Source: Verrucomicrobiia bacterium
GTDB taxonomy: Bacteria; Verrucomicrobiota; Verrucomicrobiia; Limisphaerales; UBA1319
DNA length: 64,000 nt
Direction of reading: 5' to 3'
Assembly (NCBI GenBank): GCA_963664225.1
Contig: OY760937.1
Location: 1,632,001 to 1,696,000 of the forward strand
Within the stretch, counting starts at the first letter, position 1, and each line of letters opens with the position of its first letter. Of this stretch, positions 1 to 11,151 are shown in pieces. Under the pieces are notes generated by a model. That model did no database searches and was not told the origin of the DNA. It was given only the letters and a program-made list of their open reading frames with translations. A program made the position numbers and the translations under genes.

Positions 1-775
1 GGGTGTCGGCAAGACCGTGCGAGCCACCCGGATAGATCTTCAGCGTCGCGTATTTGACAAGCTTGGATGAGGCGTGAGCCGAGGGGCCGATTGGCACGAT
101 CTGGTCGTCGTCACCATGTATGATCAGCGTTGGCCTGTCGAACTTCTTGAGATCCTCTGTGAAATCCGTTTCGGAAAACGCCTTGATGCAGTCGAACTGG
201 TTTTTGAGTCCGCCTTGCATTGCGCGAAACCAAAACGCATCGCGCACGCCCTGGCTGACCCTGGCGCCCGGCCTGTTGGCGCCGAAGAATGGAGTCGTGA
301 GATCCTTGAAGAACTGGGACCGGTCGGCGGTAACTCCGGCACGGATGTCGTCGAACGCCTTCATTGGCAGACCGCCGGTATTGCCATGCGTCTGGAGCAT
401 CAACGGTGGGACCGCGCTCAACAGCACGGCCTTGGCGACACGTTTGGTGCCGTGCCGCCCGATGTAGCGGGCGACCTCCCCGCCGCCGGCAGAGTGACCG
501 ACCAGGGTAACGTCGTCGAGGTTGAGCGTTTCGATGAGTTCCGACAGGTCGTCGCCATACTGGTCCATCGTGTTGCCGTTCCAGGGTTGGCTCGAACGAC
601 CGTGGCCGCGACGATCATGCGCAATGCAGCGATAACCGTTGGCGGCCAGAAATGTCATCTGGCTTTCCCACGCATCGCCGCTGAGAGGCCAGCCATGACT
701 GAATACAACCGGTTTTCCAGTGCCCCAGTCCTTGTAATAAATCCGCGTGGAGTCTTTCGTCGTAAATGTGCTCAT
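1..775 (-). CDS. cpo: Non-heme chloroperoxidase / alpha-beta hydrolase (3' end runs off window)
   Basis: Manual translation from ATG at 775 gives [40 protein letters not shown]...[14 protein letters not shown]. Not in the ORF track because no stop lies inside the window. Confidence 0.85.
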   Translation of the reverse strand, partial: MSTFTTKDSTRIYYKDWGTGKPVVFSHGWPLSGDAWESQMTFLAANGYRCIAHDRRGHGRSSQPWNGNTMDQYGDDLSELIETLNLDDVTLVGHSAGGGEVARYIGRHGTKRVAKAVLLSAVPPLMLQTHGNTGGLPMKAFDDIRAGVTADRSQFFKDLTTPFFGANRPGARVSQGVRDAFWFRAMQGGLKNQFDCIKAFSETDFTEDLKKFDRPTLIIHGDDDQIVPIGPSAHASSKLVKYATLKIYPGGSHGLADT

Positions 776-939
776 GGTTTTATCCTTATTATTGATCGAT
801 GGAAATGAACCTGCGGTCATTCAAATCACTACAAACAGTCCTCAACGGCCTGAGCCACTCTTCCAGCCAGAAACCGGTCTTCTCTCCGGTGTCGCCATGC
901 TGGTCATGTGAAAGAGAACCAAACGCATCGCGCGCGGTG

Positions 940-1557
940 TCAGGGTTCACGTTTCAGGATGAGTGGTGAGGATTGTCCCCACTTTCCAGTAAACACGAAC
1001 TTGCCCAACGGCTTTCGTTGCCTGGGCGTCGAGTCGCGTTCCTTCAAGGCCTCTGGGAGTTTGGCCGGATCCGCCTTGTATCCGATGGCGAGGGCCGTCC
1101 ACGCCTCAAAATGTTCCGGAATCTGGTAAAGTTCCCGCGCCTTGTCGGGGAGGATGCCAATCATCTGATGGACAGACAGGCCGCGTGCGGTTGCCTCCAC
1201 CAGAAGATTCCCGGCGGCCAGACCCAGATCATGAACAGCGGCCCGATTGTCCTTTTTGTTCTTTGCGAATTGCAGACTCACCACGCCCAGAACTAGCACT
1301 GGCGCGGCCTTCGCCCATGCCTGGTTTGCCTCCACAAGACAGCCAAGCATTCGCGCGAACTCCACAGGGTCCTCCCTGGTGGCAACCAGATAATTCCATG
1401 GCTGTTCGTTGTAAGAGGACGCCGCCCACCGGGCGGCTTCGAACAACGATCGAAGGTCCCCCTCCGGAACGGAACGATCGTCGAAACCGTAGGGGCTCCA
1501 CCGCTCCGAGAGAAGCTTGAGGATGGGATGGTCTGTCACTGCATTCTTGATGTTCAT
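940..1557 (-). CDS. Nitroreductase family protein
   Basis: ERWSPYGF, EAARWAASSYNEQPW, DLGLAAGNLLVEATARGL..HQMIG motifs. Start taken at MNIKNA. Confidence 0.85.
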   Translation of the reverse strand: MNIKNAVTDHPILKLLSERWSPYGFDDRSVPEGDLRSLFEAARWAASSYNEQPWNYLVATREDPVEFARMLGCLVEANQAWAKAAPVLVLGVVSLQFAKNKKDNRAAVHDLGLAAGNLLVEATARGLSVHQMIGILPDKARELYQIPEHFEAWTALAIGYKADPAKLPEALKERDSTPRQRKPLGKFVFTGKWGQSSPLILKREP

Positions 1558-1627
1558 ATTCTCGATTTTGATTTCACTGAGGCCACCATCGGAATGCTTT
1601 TGGAATGGGATGCACGCCAATCATGGC

Positions 1628-1813
1628 CTAAGCCTGATTTGTCTTCCGCCCGGAACCGCTCTTTTTGCCGCCGCCGCTGAGTTTGTTGACGGTGGCCCAT
1701 GCACGAGCTTCCGCGGTTTTCGTGTTGAGACCTTTTTTCTCGTAACCAGCTTCAATATGCGCGGCCTGGCGCTTCTGTTTATCGGTGTAACTGGATTTAT
1801 CGCCTTGAGGCAT
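1628..1813 (-). CDS. Small basic conserved protein (often labelled 'plasmid stabilization' or stress-type)
   Basis: MPQGDKSSYTDKQKRQAAHIEAGYEKKG...AEARAWATVNK.SGGGKKSGSGR is a recognisable small conserved family. Confidence 0.7.
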   Translation of the reverse strand: MPQGDKSSYTDKQKRQAAHIEAGYEKKGLNTKTAEARAWATVNKLSGGGKKSGSGRKTNQA

Positions 1814-2242
1814 TGGTGGTCCTTTCTCTTGGACGGAATAAGACGCCGTATTCTTTTCTTTCAAACGCTGCCGTTTAACAATTCATGAGTGGCACTCTTC
1901 ATTGACAGGTGGCCGACCGGACGGCACGCCCATGACCATCCTGCAACTGGTTTGGCGTCTGAATGGTTCCAGAACGTCCTCCCTTGGAAATCGCTTCCGT
2001 TGCGAACAGAATTTTCATCTTGGTCCAGCCAATACCTTGCGCCTTGGAATGGTCTTTCTCCATGGGGTGTAACCCTACCTCTTCCAACGATCGGCCAACG
2101 ATACTTCCTCCCGCGAATGAAGGTTTTATTACATCCCATCCAACCGCAGAACCTGTGATTTATCGGTTGGCGTTGCTTGACAGCCCGTTGGATGGGTCAG
2201 TCCCGAATGGCGCTTGGGCAGGCAATATACTGGTGACCTCTG

Positions 2243-3664
2243 TTACCTGAGTTGGGTTAAAATCACATTACTCTCGATATCCCGCCAAACTTTCTTCCCT
2301 CCCACAACCTCCGTTTTGGCGAGGTGCTTGAGATAATAGAGCGTTGGCTCCGCAATGTGCTGGTTATTGAGAAAAGGCTCGGTGTATTGGATGGCGGCAT
2401 ACTTGGCCTGAGCGATGTGGTGCTGTTGGCCCACGTGATCGTTCCAATCCACGCCCTCTGTCAGAAAACCGTGGAGGCCGTAATGGTGTTTTGCAATGGC
2501 GCGCAGGATGACCAGACCATTCATCTCGTAGCTCTGGCTTGCTTTCAGATCCCGCGAACGTGTGTCGGCGGCCGCCTCGAAATAGGCCAGCGCGGCCTCG
2601 GCATTTTCCCAGAGATAGGCGGTATCCCACGATTTTTCCATGTAGAGCAGGCCCTTGGTGGCCACTCCATTGCGATCATCGGTCATCTTGAACTCATCCA
2701 GGGCTTTCAGGCATTTATCATAAGCAAAAGTTCGGATTGCTTCGTCATTCAGCACCTTGGAAACCGCCAACAGGGTTCGAAATGCAACCGAAAGGGCCAC
2801 GTTCTCGCGCGGATCGTAGGTGTCGTGATTGATGCTGCCGAATATCCCGCCGGCCTTCATGAACACCGCCGTCTTCTCCCGCAGATTCGTTTTGTAATCC
2901 GCCAGACCCTGGGCCGTCAAAGCCGCTTGTAGTTGGAGAATAAAAAGCCCGTCCGCGGACGTTTGCCAGAACGGATCGTTGCCGCCGTCCGGGGATTTGA
3001 GCCAGAGTTTTCCTTCCGGCGTCACGCGGCGGGGAAACCAGCCATTGGTAACCGGTTCCACATGCCTATCGATCCAGCGCGAACATCGCAGGGCCGCCTG
3101 GCGCATGCGTTCGGCCCGTGAATCCGCGCCCAGGTCTCCCGCGAAACTGAGCAGTTGAAATCCGACCTTCGCCATCGACCCCGGGCAAAACCAATCCGAG
3201 TTATGCTTGTAGTTCAGGCACATTTTGCCCGTGGTGGTCTCGCGATACGCCCGAATCAGCCCGCTTTCCTCAATGAATCCCCCATCCAGCACATGGTCCA
3301 GAATCCCAAGGGCATTCGTTTGCCAGTCCTTCTTATCCAGATACGCGCCCAGAGAAAATATTTCCCACGCGCCCCCTGCCGCATTGGCCGCCCAACCTGG
3401 ACCTTCGAGATTCCCAAAATCATGCCAGCCCATGACCTTGCCCTCGGGATTCACAAAACTCGAAATGGAAACCAGGTGTCCGTTGGTGTCGCGTTGAAGT
3501 GTCTTCGTCAGCGTGAATCGGATGGAATCGTTGACCGAATCGCTGATCGTGTAACGCGGATTTTCGGGAACGTAAAATGCCTGCCTGGCCCACTCGGTAT
3601 CAGCAGCCCCTGCGCCGATCCCGCACAAACAAGCCCAGGCCCAGATAATCGATGCGTGCTTCAT
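2243..3664 (-). CDS. Secreted hypothetical protein, possibly (alpha/alpha)6-barrel glycosidase-like
   Basis: 473-aa ORF with N-terminal signal peptide and Trp/Tyr-rich helical segments. Function inferred only. Confidence 0.55.
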   Translation of the reverse strand: MKHASIIWAWACLCGIGAGAADTEWARQAFYVPENPRYTISDSVNDSIRFTLTKTLQRDTNGHLVSISSFVNPEGKVMGWHDFGNLEGPGWAANAAGGAWEIFSLGAYLDKKDWQTNALGILDHVLDGGFIEESGLIRAYRETTTGKMCLNYKHNSDWFCPGSMAKVGFQLLSFAGDLGADSRAERMRQAALRCSRWIDRHVEPVTNGWFPRRVTPEGKLWLKSPDGGNDPFWQTSADGLFILQLQAALTAQGLADYKTNLREKTAVFMKAGGIFGSINHDTYDPRENVALSVAFRTLLAVSKVLNDEAIRTFAYDKCLKALDEFKMTDDRNGVATKGLLYMEKSWDTAYLWENAEAALAYFEAAADTRSRDLKASQSYEMNGLVILRAIAKHHYGLHGFLTEGVDWNDHVGQQHHIAQAKYAAIQYTEPFLNNQHIAEPTLYYLKHLAKTEVVGGKKVWRDIESNVILTQLR

Positions 3665-3713
3665 AGACTTTCCGACTTTCTCATTCGAATTATTTTGAGG
3701 ATGGGCGCCGCGT

Positions 3714-4529
3714 TCATTTCAGGATTCCCGCCGCCAGCAGGGCCTTGCCCCAGATGACGTAGCCGGCCTCGGTGGGGTGAACTCCATCGGACATGATATC
3801 CCGGGATAACATGGCGTCCTTTGCGACGATCTGTTCCGAGATGTCCAGAAAACCAATCAGCGGTTTGCCGGTCAGTTGAGTTGCCAGAATCCTGTTCAAG
3901 GCGGTGATGTTCGTGCGGTAATAATCATCGGGTTTGAAGCCGCGCGGCAACACCCCCATGACAAGGATCCGGCTCTGCGGCGACTTTTTGTGAACGCGAT
4001 CGCAGATGGCGCCGATCGCTTCGGCAATTTCCGCGGGCGAGTTGGCTCGCGCGTTGCCGGTGCCCGTTAAATTATTGCTTCCAATATTCAGGACGACCAC
4101 CTTCGGATGCGTGCCGTCCATTTCGCCATGATCCAGCCGCCAAAGGACGTTTTGCGTCCGATCCCAACCAAATCCCATGTTCAAAACGCGATGCTCGCCG
4201 AAGGTCTCGGCCCAGGCCTTGGGACCGTTCTGCTGTCGGGAAATCGGCGGGCCGCCCCAGAAATGGGTGATCGAATCACCGATCATGACGATCTCGGGAT
4301 CGATGGTCTTCTGCTCCGCGAGTACCTGCGTGTGGCGTTCATCCCAGTTGTAAGAATCCTTTTCCAACCACGTAACGGGCACAAGGGCGCTGTTGGTGCC
4401 GGTCTGAACGGAAGATGGCGTGGCGGCTGGAGCCACATCCGCGCCCATCAAATGCCGACCTGACGCCACGGTCAGCAATCCGATCGCGAGAATCCATTTA
4501 AACCGGCCCACTTTGAAGTGCTTTTTCAT
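3714..4529 (-). CDS. GDSL/SGNH esterase (PAF-acetylhydrolase-like), secreted
   Basis: GDSIT, GFGWDRTQNVLWR, NIGSNN, DGVHP blocks. Start taken at MKKHFK (alternative 4544). Confidence 0.85.
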   Translation of the reverse strand: MKKHFKVGRFKWILAIGLLTVASGRHLMGADVAPAATPSSVQTGTNSALVPVTWLEKDSYNWDERHTQVLAEQKTIDPEIVMIGDSITHFWGGPPISRQQNGPKAWAETFGEHRVLNMGFGWDRTQNVLWRLDHGEMDGTHPKVVVLNIGSNNLTGTGNARANSPAEIAEAIGAICDRVHKKSPQSRILVMGVLPRGFKPDDYYRTNITALNRILATQLTGKPLIGFLDISEQIVAKDAMLSRDIMSDGVHPTEAGYVIWGKALLAAGILK

Positions 4530-4752
4530 ATTTGGATTTTCCATCAATCTGGCTCTTAAACGTTGAGATCGCATTTCCCCGGCAACACCCCTCCTGCCCA
4601 GGCAAGCCAAAGTGTGTTTCATTGTCCACTCCGATTTGCTAACTTGCAAACACAATACTGGCGGCACCCATTTAGTTTTAATAACAGGAATATTTTGTAG
4701 TTGGCAAAGCAGGCCAGCTCCCTTCTTGTCCCTCGAAATGCGGAAGACCGAC

Positions 4753-5967
4753 CTACCCCGAACGGCCACGTTTCCCGGAGATCCCCACCAACACCGCGCC
4801 GCAGGCGAACAGGATGCCGCAATAAACCATGGCGGCGTTGATTCCATAGGCCGACCACAGCAGGCCCACGACCACGCTCGACAGAAAATCACCCACGCCG
4901 TTGACCGTGGCCAGCATCCCGAACGCCATGCCATGCTGATTTTCGTCGGTCAATTCGGCGCATAAGGAATCCTCGAGCGTTTCCTCCACCGCCACGTAAA
5001 TGCCAGCCAGAGAGAAAATAACGGCCAAAGCCCATGGATTTCCCGGCAGAACGATCACCAATACCGCCATCACGAAGGCCAGCGCGTATCCCGCCGCAAG
5101 GAGCAGCCGTTTGTTCCATTGATCCGCCAGCCAGCCGCTCAGGTAGGAGCAACCGGCATAGAGCATGTTGTGCAGCACATACAATCCCACGGCCACGCTG
5201 GCCGCTTTTCCGGCACCCATGGAAGGGGTGAGCGTTTGCGCGGCCAGAAGGATCAACATGGAATGCGCAAAATCACCCGCGCCAAACAGGCCAACGGCCA
5301 CCAGAAACTTTTTATAAGGGCCGGGCAGGCCGCGCAGGCTGTCGCCAAATGAAATATGCGGCACGGGTTTGCGTTCCTTTTCCCGGACCGCAAACGCAAT
5401 CAACCCCGCCGCCGCGAGTCCCGGAATCAGTGTCAGGGCAAAGAGGGTCTGATAATTGTGGTTCAAGGCCCCGAGCAAAAAGAAGGCGGATATCGGTCCC
5501 ACAATCGCCCCGCAGGTGTCCATCATCCGCTCGAATCCAAAGGCGCGACCGTAGGACTCGCGCGTGACCGCCGCCGCGAGCAGGGCCTTGCGAACAGGGG
5601 TGCGCACGCCACGCCCCAACCACGCGACCGCGCGTGAGGCAAGAACATGCCAGGCGCTTGTGGCCAGACCGAAGGAAGCCGTGCCCAACGCGGTGACGAT
5701 GTAACCCAGGACCGCGATGGGTTTGCGCCGTGCCAGACGGTCGGTATAAAAACCCGACGCCATCTTCGCAACGCTCGACAATCCATCCGACACCCCCTCG
5801 ATCAATCCGAGCCATGCCGCCGACACCCCCAGCATGGCCAGATACGCGGGCAGCACGGACGTCGCAATTTCATGAGCCCAGTCGCTGAAAAGAGAGGCCA
5901 GCCCAATGCCCAGCACTGTGCGGTTGAGCCAGCGTTTGCCCGGTGGTTTTTCCCCTGCCCCATCCAT
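4753..5967 (-). CDS. MFS transporter
   Basis: About 12 hydrophobic segments; GFYTDRLARRK and GWLADQWNKR motif-A-like loops. Confidence 0.9.
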   Translation of the reverse strand: MDGAGEKPPGKRWLNRTVLGIGLASLFSDWAHEIATSVLPAYLAMLGVSAAWLGLIEGVSDGLSSVAKMASGFYTDRLARRKPIAVLGYIVTALGTASFGLATSAWHVLASRAVAWLGRGVRTPVRKALLAAAVTRESYGRAFGFERMMDTCGAIVGPISAFFLLGALNHNYQTLFALTLIPGLAAAGLIAFAVREKERKPVPHISFGDSLRGLPGPYKKFLVAVGLFGAGDFAHSMLILLAAQTLTPSMGAGKAASVAVGLYVLHNMLYAGCSYLSGWLADQWNKRLLLAAGYALAFVMAVLVIVLPGNPWALAVIFSLAGIYVAVEETLEDSLCAELTDENQHGMAFGMLATVNGVGDFLSSVVVGLLWSAYGINAAMVYCGILFACGAVLVGISGKRGRSG

Positions 5968-6150
5968 ATCAATTGACGGCTCAATATAGCAGCATGGTCA
6001 AGATGCGCCTTAAAATACGGTCAAAAACCATCAAAACCACGGTTGAATTGTTTCCGCGATCGGGCCATAATGACGCTCACTTCCAGACGAAGTTCGGTCC
6101 ACATGGACCGAAGTTGCGGGGAAGACCAAAATTCGCAAAAAAGGGATCGC

Positions 6151-6702
6151 ATGATTGGTTTAACCATAGGCACGATTGCGGTAATGGCCGCGATATCCAT
6201 CGTCAACGCCACTGCCGATGTTTCCTGGCGCACGAAACTCGAACAGGAACTTCCGCTGCTGGGCCATCGCAATTGGATCGTCATCGCCGATTCCGCCTAT
6301 CCCTGGCAGACCGCCCCGGGCATCGAAACCGTGTGGACCGGCGCATCGCAAACCGAGGTGGTCCGTGCCGTGCTGGATACCCTGGACAAGTCCGCCCATG
6401 TCAGGCCCATCATTTATACCGATGCGGAATTGAAGGCCGTTCCCGAAGCCGCAGCCAAAGGGGTGCAGGCCTACCGGGATGAGTTGGCCAAAATCCTTGC
6501 GGGCCGCGAGGTGTCAGTCGTGCCCCATGAACAGATTATTTCCAAACTCGACGAAGCGGGCAAAACGTTTCATGTCCTTCTCTTGAAAACCAAAATGACC
6601 ATTCCCTATACCTCGGTCTTTCTGCAACTCGATTGCAATTATTGGAGCGCGGAGGCCGAACGTGCTTTGCGTGAATCGCTCAAGGGAAACGCGAAACCCT
6701 GA
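6151..6702 (+). CDS. RbsD/FucU-like protein with signal peptide
   Basis: LGHRNWIVIADSAYP motif and C-terminal T.IPYTSVFLQL. Start taken at MIGLTIG. Confidence 0.7.
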   Translation: MIGLTIGTIAVMAAISIVNATADVSWRTKLEQELPLLGHRNWIVIADSAYPWQTAPGIETVWTGASQTEVVRAVLDTLDKSAHVRPIIYTDAELKAVPEAAAKGVQAYRDELAKILAGREVSVVPHEQIISKLDEAGKTFHVLLLKTKMTIPYTSVFLQLDCNYWSAEAERALRESLKGNAKP

Positions 6703-6795
6703 TTTTGCATGGCACCAGGCGCGAATCATGTCGGACAACTTTGTGAATCATAGAGCACCCTGAAAACCGTGCGCAGCATTTAACAAGGAATTGCC

Positions 6796-8166
6796 ATGGA
6801 TATACTGATGTTATCACGCATCCAGTTCGCCTTCACCATCGGCTTCCATTATATTTTCCCGCCGTTGAGCATCGGCCTGGGCGTGCTGCTGGTCTTGATC
6901 GAGGCCATGTGGCTGATCACGGGCAAACCCATTTTCCACCAGATGGGCCGATTCTGGACGAAGGTCTTCTCGCTCACATTCGCCATGGGCGTGGCCACGG
7001 GCATCGTGATGGAGTTCGAGTTTGGGACCAATTGGGCCACTTACTCGCGCTATGTGGGGGACGTTTTCGGCAGCGCACTGGCCGCTGAAGGCATTTTCGC
7101 CTTTTTCCTGGAATCCGGCTTCCTCGCGATCCTTCTGTTTGGGTGGGACAGGGTCCGACCCGGCGTGCATTTCTTTGCCACCTGCATGGTGTGCCTGGGC
7201 GCGCACTTCAGCGCCATCTGGATTGTGGTGGCCAATTCCTGGCAGCAAACACCGGCGGGTTATCACATCGTGGGCGAAGGATTATCCGCGCGCGCAGAAA
7301 TCACCGATTTCTGGGCCATGGTGTTCAACCCCTCCTCCATGGATCGCCTGTTCCACACCGTCTGTGGCGCGTGGCAGGCCGGGGCGTTCCTCATGGTCAG
7401 CGTCAGCGCATTTTATTTGCTCAAACGCCGCCATATCGAGTTTGCGCAAACGTCGCTGAAAACCGGTCTTGCCGTCGGCCTGGCTGCCTCTCTGCTCCAA
7501 TTGGTCTCCGGCCACGACTCCGCCGTGGGTGTCGCCAATAACCAACCCGCCAAACTGGCCGCCTTCGAAGGACAATACATCACGCAATCGAATGCGCCGC
7601 TTTCCTTGTTCGGCTGGGTGGATGAGAAGAATCAGCAGGTGCGTAATGGCGTCTCCATTCCCGGAATGCTCAGTTATCTGATTTATTTCGACACCACAAA
7701 AACAGTCGCGGGTCTGGACCAGACCAAGCCCGAAAACCGCCCGCCGGTCAACGCGGTCTTCCAATTCTACCATATCATGGTGGGCGTGGGCATGACCATG
7801 ATCGCCCTGACGCTGTTCGGCGCTTTCCTGTGGGCGCGTGGACAACTGTTCAAACACCGCTGGTATCTCATCCTGCTCGTGTTCTCGGTGCTCGGCCCTC
7901 AAATTGCCAACCAGGCGGGGTGGTTCGCCGCCGAGGTCGGACGCCAACCCTGGATTGTCTATGGCCTCTTGCGCACGTCGGACGCCCTGTCGGTTGTTGT
8001 AAAAGCGAATGAAATTGTCGCCTCGCTGATCCTGTTTGCCGTGATCTATGCCCTTTTATTTGCGGCGTTCATTTACCTGTTGGACGACAAAATCAAACAC
8101 GGCCCGGACGATGCGGACCTGATTCCATCGGGCAAACTTGCCCTACCCTTAAGAGGTGACCATTGA
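6796..8166 (+). CDS. cydA: Cytochrome bd ubiquinol oxidase subunit I
   Basis: [40 protein letters not shown] motifs. Confidence 0.97.
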   Translation: MDILMLSRIQFAFTIGFHYIFPPLSIGLGVLLVLIEAMWLITGKPIFHQMGRFWTKVFSLTFAMGVATGIVMEFEFGTNWATYSRYVGDVFGSALAAEGIFAFFLESGFLAILLFGWDRVRPGVHFFATCMVCLGAHFSAIWIVVANSWQQTPAGYHIVGEGLSARAEITDFWAMVFNPSSMDRLFHTVCGAWQAGAFLMVSVSAFYLLKRRHIEFAQTSLKTGLAVGLAASLLQLVSGHDSAVGVANNQPAKLAAFEGQYITQSNAPLSLFGWVDEKNQQVRNGVSIPGMLSYLIYFDTTKTVAGLDQTKPENRPPVNAVFQFYHIMVGVGMTMIALTLFGAFLWARGQLFKHRWYLILLVFSVLGPQIANQAGWFAAEVGRQPWIVYGLLRTSDALSVVVKANEIVASLILFAVIYALLFAAFIYLLDDKIKHGPDDADLIPSGKLALPLRGDH

Positions 8167-9188
8167 ATGCCCTGGATCTGAATACCATCTGGTTTGTCCT
8201 CATCGGCGTACTCTTTGGCGGATACGCCATTTTGGACGGTTTTGACCTTGGGGTCGGCGCCATTCATCTTTTCACGAAAACGGATGAGGAACGGCGCATC
8301 ATGATCAATTCCATCGGGCCGGTGTGGGATGGCAACGAAGTCTGGCTGGTCACGGGCGGCGGCGCCCTCTTTGCAGCGTTTCCCATGGCCTATGCCACGG
8401 TCTTCAGCGGTTTCTATCTCGCATTCGTTTTGCTGCTCTTTGCCCTGATCTTCCGCGCGGTGGCGATTGAATTTCGCAGCAAACAGCCGCATCGCTGGTG
8501 GCGGCAGATGTGGGACATCAGCTTTGCATGCGGCAGCATCCTCTCGAGTTTTCTGATCGGCGTGGCCATGGGCAACATTGCCTGGGGCATCCCCCTGGAT
8601 TCGCACCATGAATTTGCGGGCACTTTTCTGGGACTGCTGCATCCCTACGCCGTCCTGTTGGGAATCACCACAGTGGCCTTGTTCATGATGCACGGCGCGA
8701 TTTATACCGTGTTAAAAACCGAAGGCGCGCTCCACGACAAAGTCCGAGGATGGGTTAACAACTGCATCATTTTCTTCATCATCTGCTACGCCATCACGAC
8801 CATGGCCACCCTGCTCTATCTGCCCCACATGACGACGCAGGTGCGTAGCCATCCCGTCCTTTTTCTGATTCCGCTGGCGACGATGCTGGCCATTGCCAAC
8901 ATCCCGCGCGCATTCCATCACGGATGGGACTTCCAGGCGTTCCTCTCCTCCTCAGCCGCCATGGCTGGCTTGATGATGCTTTTCGGTGTGGAGATGTTTC
9001 CCAACCTGGTTTTCAGCAACCCGACCGTCGGCAACAGCCTCACCGTTTACAATGCCGCTTCCTCCCACAAAACGCTCTCCATCATGCTGACCATCGCCAT
9101 GATCGGCATCCCGATCGTCCTCGCCTACACCATGAGCATCTATTGGATTTTCAGGGGCAAGGTCAAACTCGACCGAATGAGTTACTGA
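8163..9188 (+). CDS. cydB: Cytochrome bd ubiquinol oxidase subunit II
   Basis: [20 protein letters not shown] motifs; overlaps the cydA stop. Confidence 0.97.
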   Translation: MNALDLNTIWFVLIGVLFGGYAILDGFDLGVGAIHLFTKTDEERRIMINSIGPVWDGNEVWLVTGGGALFAAFPMAYATVFSGFYLAFVLLLFALIFRAVAIEFRSKQPHRWWRQMWDISFACGSILSSFLIGVAMGNIAWGIPLDSHHEFAGTFLGLLHPYAVLLGITTVALFMMHGAIYTVLKTEGALHDKVRGWVNNCIIFFIICYAITTMATLLYLPHMTTQVRSHPVLFLIPLATMLAIANIPRAFHHGWDFQAFLSSSAAMAGLMMLFGVEMFPNLVFSNPTVGNSLTVYNAASSHKTLSIMLTIAMIGIPIVLAYTMSIYWIFRGKVKLDRMSY

Positions 9189-11089
9189 GCAAACCAGGCT
9201 GCGACAGGGCTGCCGGGCGCCAGTCGATAATCGTGATTTGCGGCGTCGATGAATTTGGGATCTGCCACCACGGCGTGGGCCTCCAATCCCCTGGTTTGCA
9301 TGAAGGCCTTGAATTCGCTCTCCCCAATATTTTTCTCGCCCCACAACACGTAAGGTTTCTCCTCCGGTAGGGCGAGGCTCCCGCCGAGCCGTTCCGGTTT
9401 ATCGCTCCTCAGCACGCAGGGTTTTCCCTCCTGATGCCAGCAGTTCTCGTCCAGTGTCAGCGCGGCGGTCCAATCCCGCCCATGCAGGCGCATCAGTGAA
9501 TCCACGGAATTGGCGAAAATGTTGTGGCGGATGACGACATTGGTGGTGGCCGCAGTATTGTCGTAAAACATCAAATGGCGGCCATTGGGATCAGGACGCT
9601 GGCGATGTCCCCAGCCGTAACCGGCATCCACACAAATGTTGTTTTCGAACACAATGTTGCGGGTCACGCTGGCGGCGCCGCGATTCCAATATTCGAAGGA
9701 ATACTCACTGTTCCAGATCACGTTGCGCCGGTAGATGATGTTTTCCTCGACATTGGTGCCACTGCCCTGGTTGGTGAGGGCGGCATCATAAATCTCCCAA
9801 ATGCGGCAACCTTCCACCAGCGAATCGCTCGCGGCCGCCCAAAATTCAATGCCATTGCCGTAACGCACAGGCGCGCCATCTGAGCCGGCATTTTGATGCC
9901 CGCCCCCGATGTACGAAATATCGCAATTGCGGACCGTGATGTGTCGGGTGCTCCCGCCGCCGATCCCATGTGCCGCACCGTAGCGGAGGTCCAGATTCTC
10001 GTAGGCCACGAAACCGCAGTTGCCCTGGTCGATGATGTGGCGGCACAAGGCCAGCTCGATGCTTTGATGCAGCGTGGCGGGATTCGCGTCGCTGCGCAGT
10101 GTGACCTGCCAGGTCCGCGCGTCATAATGGAAATCGCCGGGCTCGCGCAAATCCGCCTCCCGCCACTTCTTCACACCGGTGAGCGCGCCATGGTCGAAGA
10201 TGATGTTGCCGACATCCGCATCGAGCGGTCTTTCCTGGGAGCATTGCACTTTTTCAAGCCGCATCGAACGGAGCAAGAGTGTGCAGTCCCCGGGAAGCGC
10301 TCCGCCCAGAAACAGAGTAAGGCGGGCGTCGGACGCGGACTCGCTCCCGTGAAAACGGACGGTGCGCCCGGTCCAATTGGTTCCGATGGTTGTATTGGTG
10401 GCGTAAGTGCTGGCGTAGGCCGTCCAGGGAGAGCCGTTTTTCATCAGTGAAAAGGAAGCCGGAGCGAACGGACGCGTGGCACGGGCTTCAAAGCGGAGAA
10501 GGTAGTAATCGCCCGCTTTGACCGACAAGCCCCCAATCGAAAGTTGAATGTGATTGGCGCTCGAACCCGGCTTGCGCCCCTCCAACCGCAGAATCCTCCC
10601 CTGATCTTGCGAGGAATCCCCGACCGCCAAAGTGCAATCCGCGCCACCCTCATGATACACCCCCCATCGATCCGCGGGCAGTTCCACCGTTTCACCCGTC
10701 GAATCAAACCTCAGGGGCGTTGTGATCCAGAGCCCCGGGCCCGCTGGCTGCCAATCGCCTGTATGATCCATCGCAGCCGAACCCAGAAAGACGGGTTTGG
10801 GGCCGGAACCAAAGGCGCCGTAGGTGATGACGCCGTTCGTCGATCCACTATGCGGCCGAAGCTGTCCACGCCAGGTCTGGCCGCGACGGAACAGCACCTG
10901 ATCGGCGGGGGCCAGCGTGGCGCGATTCACCTGGGCCAGGGATTGCCAGGCATTGTCTTCGCTCAATCCATTGCGGTCGTCGTGACCGCGAGTGGCATCG
11001 ACAAAAAACGTCCGCGCGGGTGCCGTCGATGCGGCAGTGAAGAACAAACCGGCTCCAAGGAGCGAAGCCCAAATCAAACGAATGGTCAT
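9182..11089 (-). CDS. Secreted right-handed beta-helix protein with inserted CBM4/9-like domain
   Basis: FFVDATRGHDDRNGLS..AWQSL..VN...DQVLFRRGQTWRG start, parallel beta-helix repeats, C-terminal DPKFID..DYRL.PGSP. Confidence 0.7.
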   Translation of the reverse strand: MTIRLIWASLLGAGLFFTAASTAPARTFFVDATRGHDDRNGLSEDNAWQSLAQVNRATLAPADQVLFRRGQTWRGQLRPHSGSTNGVITYGAFGSGPKPVFLGSAAMDHTGDWQPAGPGLWITTPLRFDSTGETVELPADRWGVYHEGGADCTLAVGDSSQDQGRILRLEGRKPGSSANHIQLSIGGLSVKAGDYYLLRFEARATRPFAPASFSLMKNGSPWTAYASTYATNTTIGTNWTGRTVRFHGSESASDARLTLFLGGALPGDCTLLLRSMRLEKVQCSQERPLDADVGNIIFDHGALTGVKKWREADLREPGDFHYDARTWQVTLRSDANPATLHQSIELALCRHIIDQGNCGFVAYENLDLRYGAAHGIGGGSTRHITVRNCDISYIGGGHQNAGSDGAPVRYGNGIEFWAAASDSLVEGCRIWEIYDAALTNQGSGTNVEENIIYRRNVIWNSEYSFEYWNRGAASVTRNIVFENNICVDAGYGWGHRQRPDPNGRHLMFYDNTAATTNVVIRHNIFANSVDSLMRLHGRDWTAALTLDENCWHQEGKPCVLRSDKPERLGGSLALPEEKPYVLWGEKNIGESEFKAFMQTRGLEAHAVVADPKFIDAANHDYRLAPGSPVAAWFAQ

Positions 11090-11151
11090 GGCTCCAAGAT
11101 CTGCCCTGGAGCCTCATCGAATCAATGCTGAATATTAGAAGGATAACAGAA

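Noticed and set aside
74..808. 244-aa plus-strand ORF
   Set aside because: Antisense shadow of the chloroperoxidase gene.
6741..6758. Rex box upstream of cydA
   Set aside because: Only the TTGTGAA half-site is present; the second half does not match.
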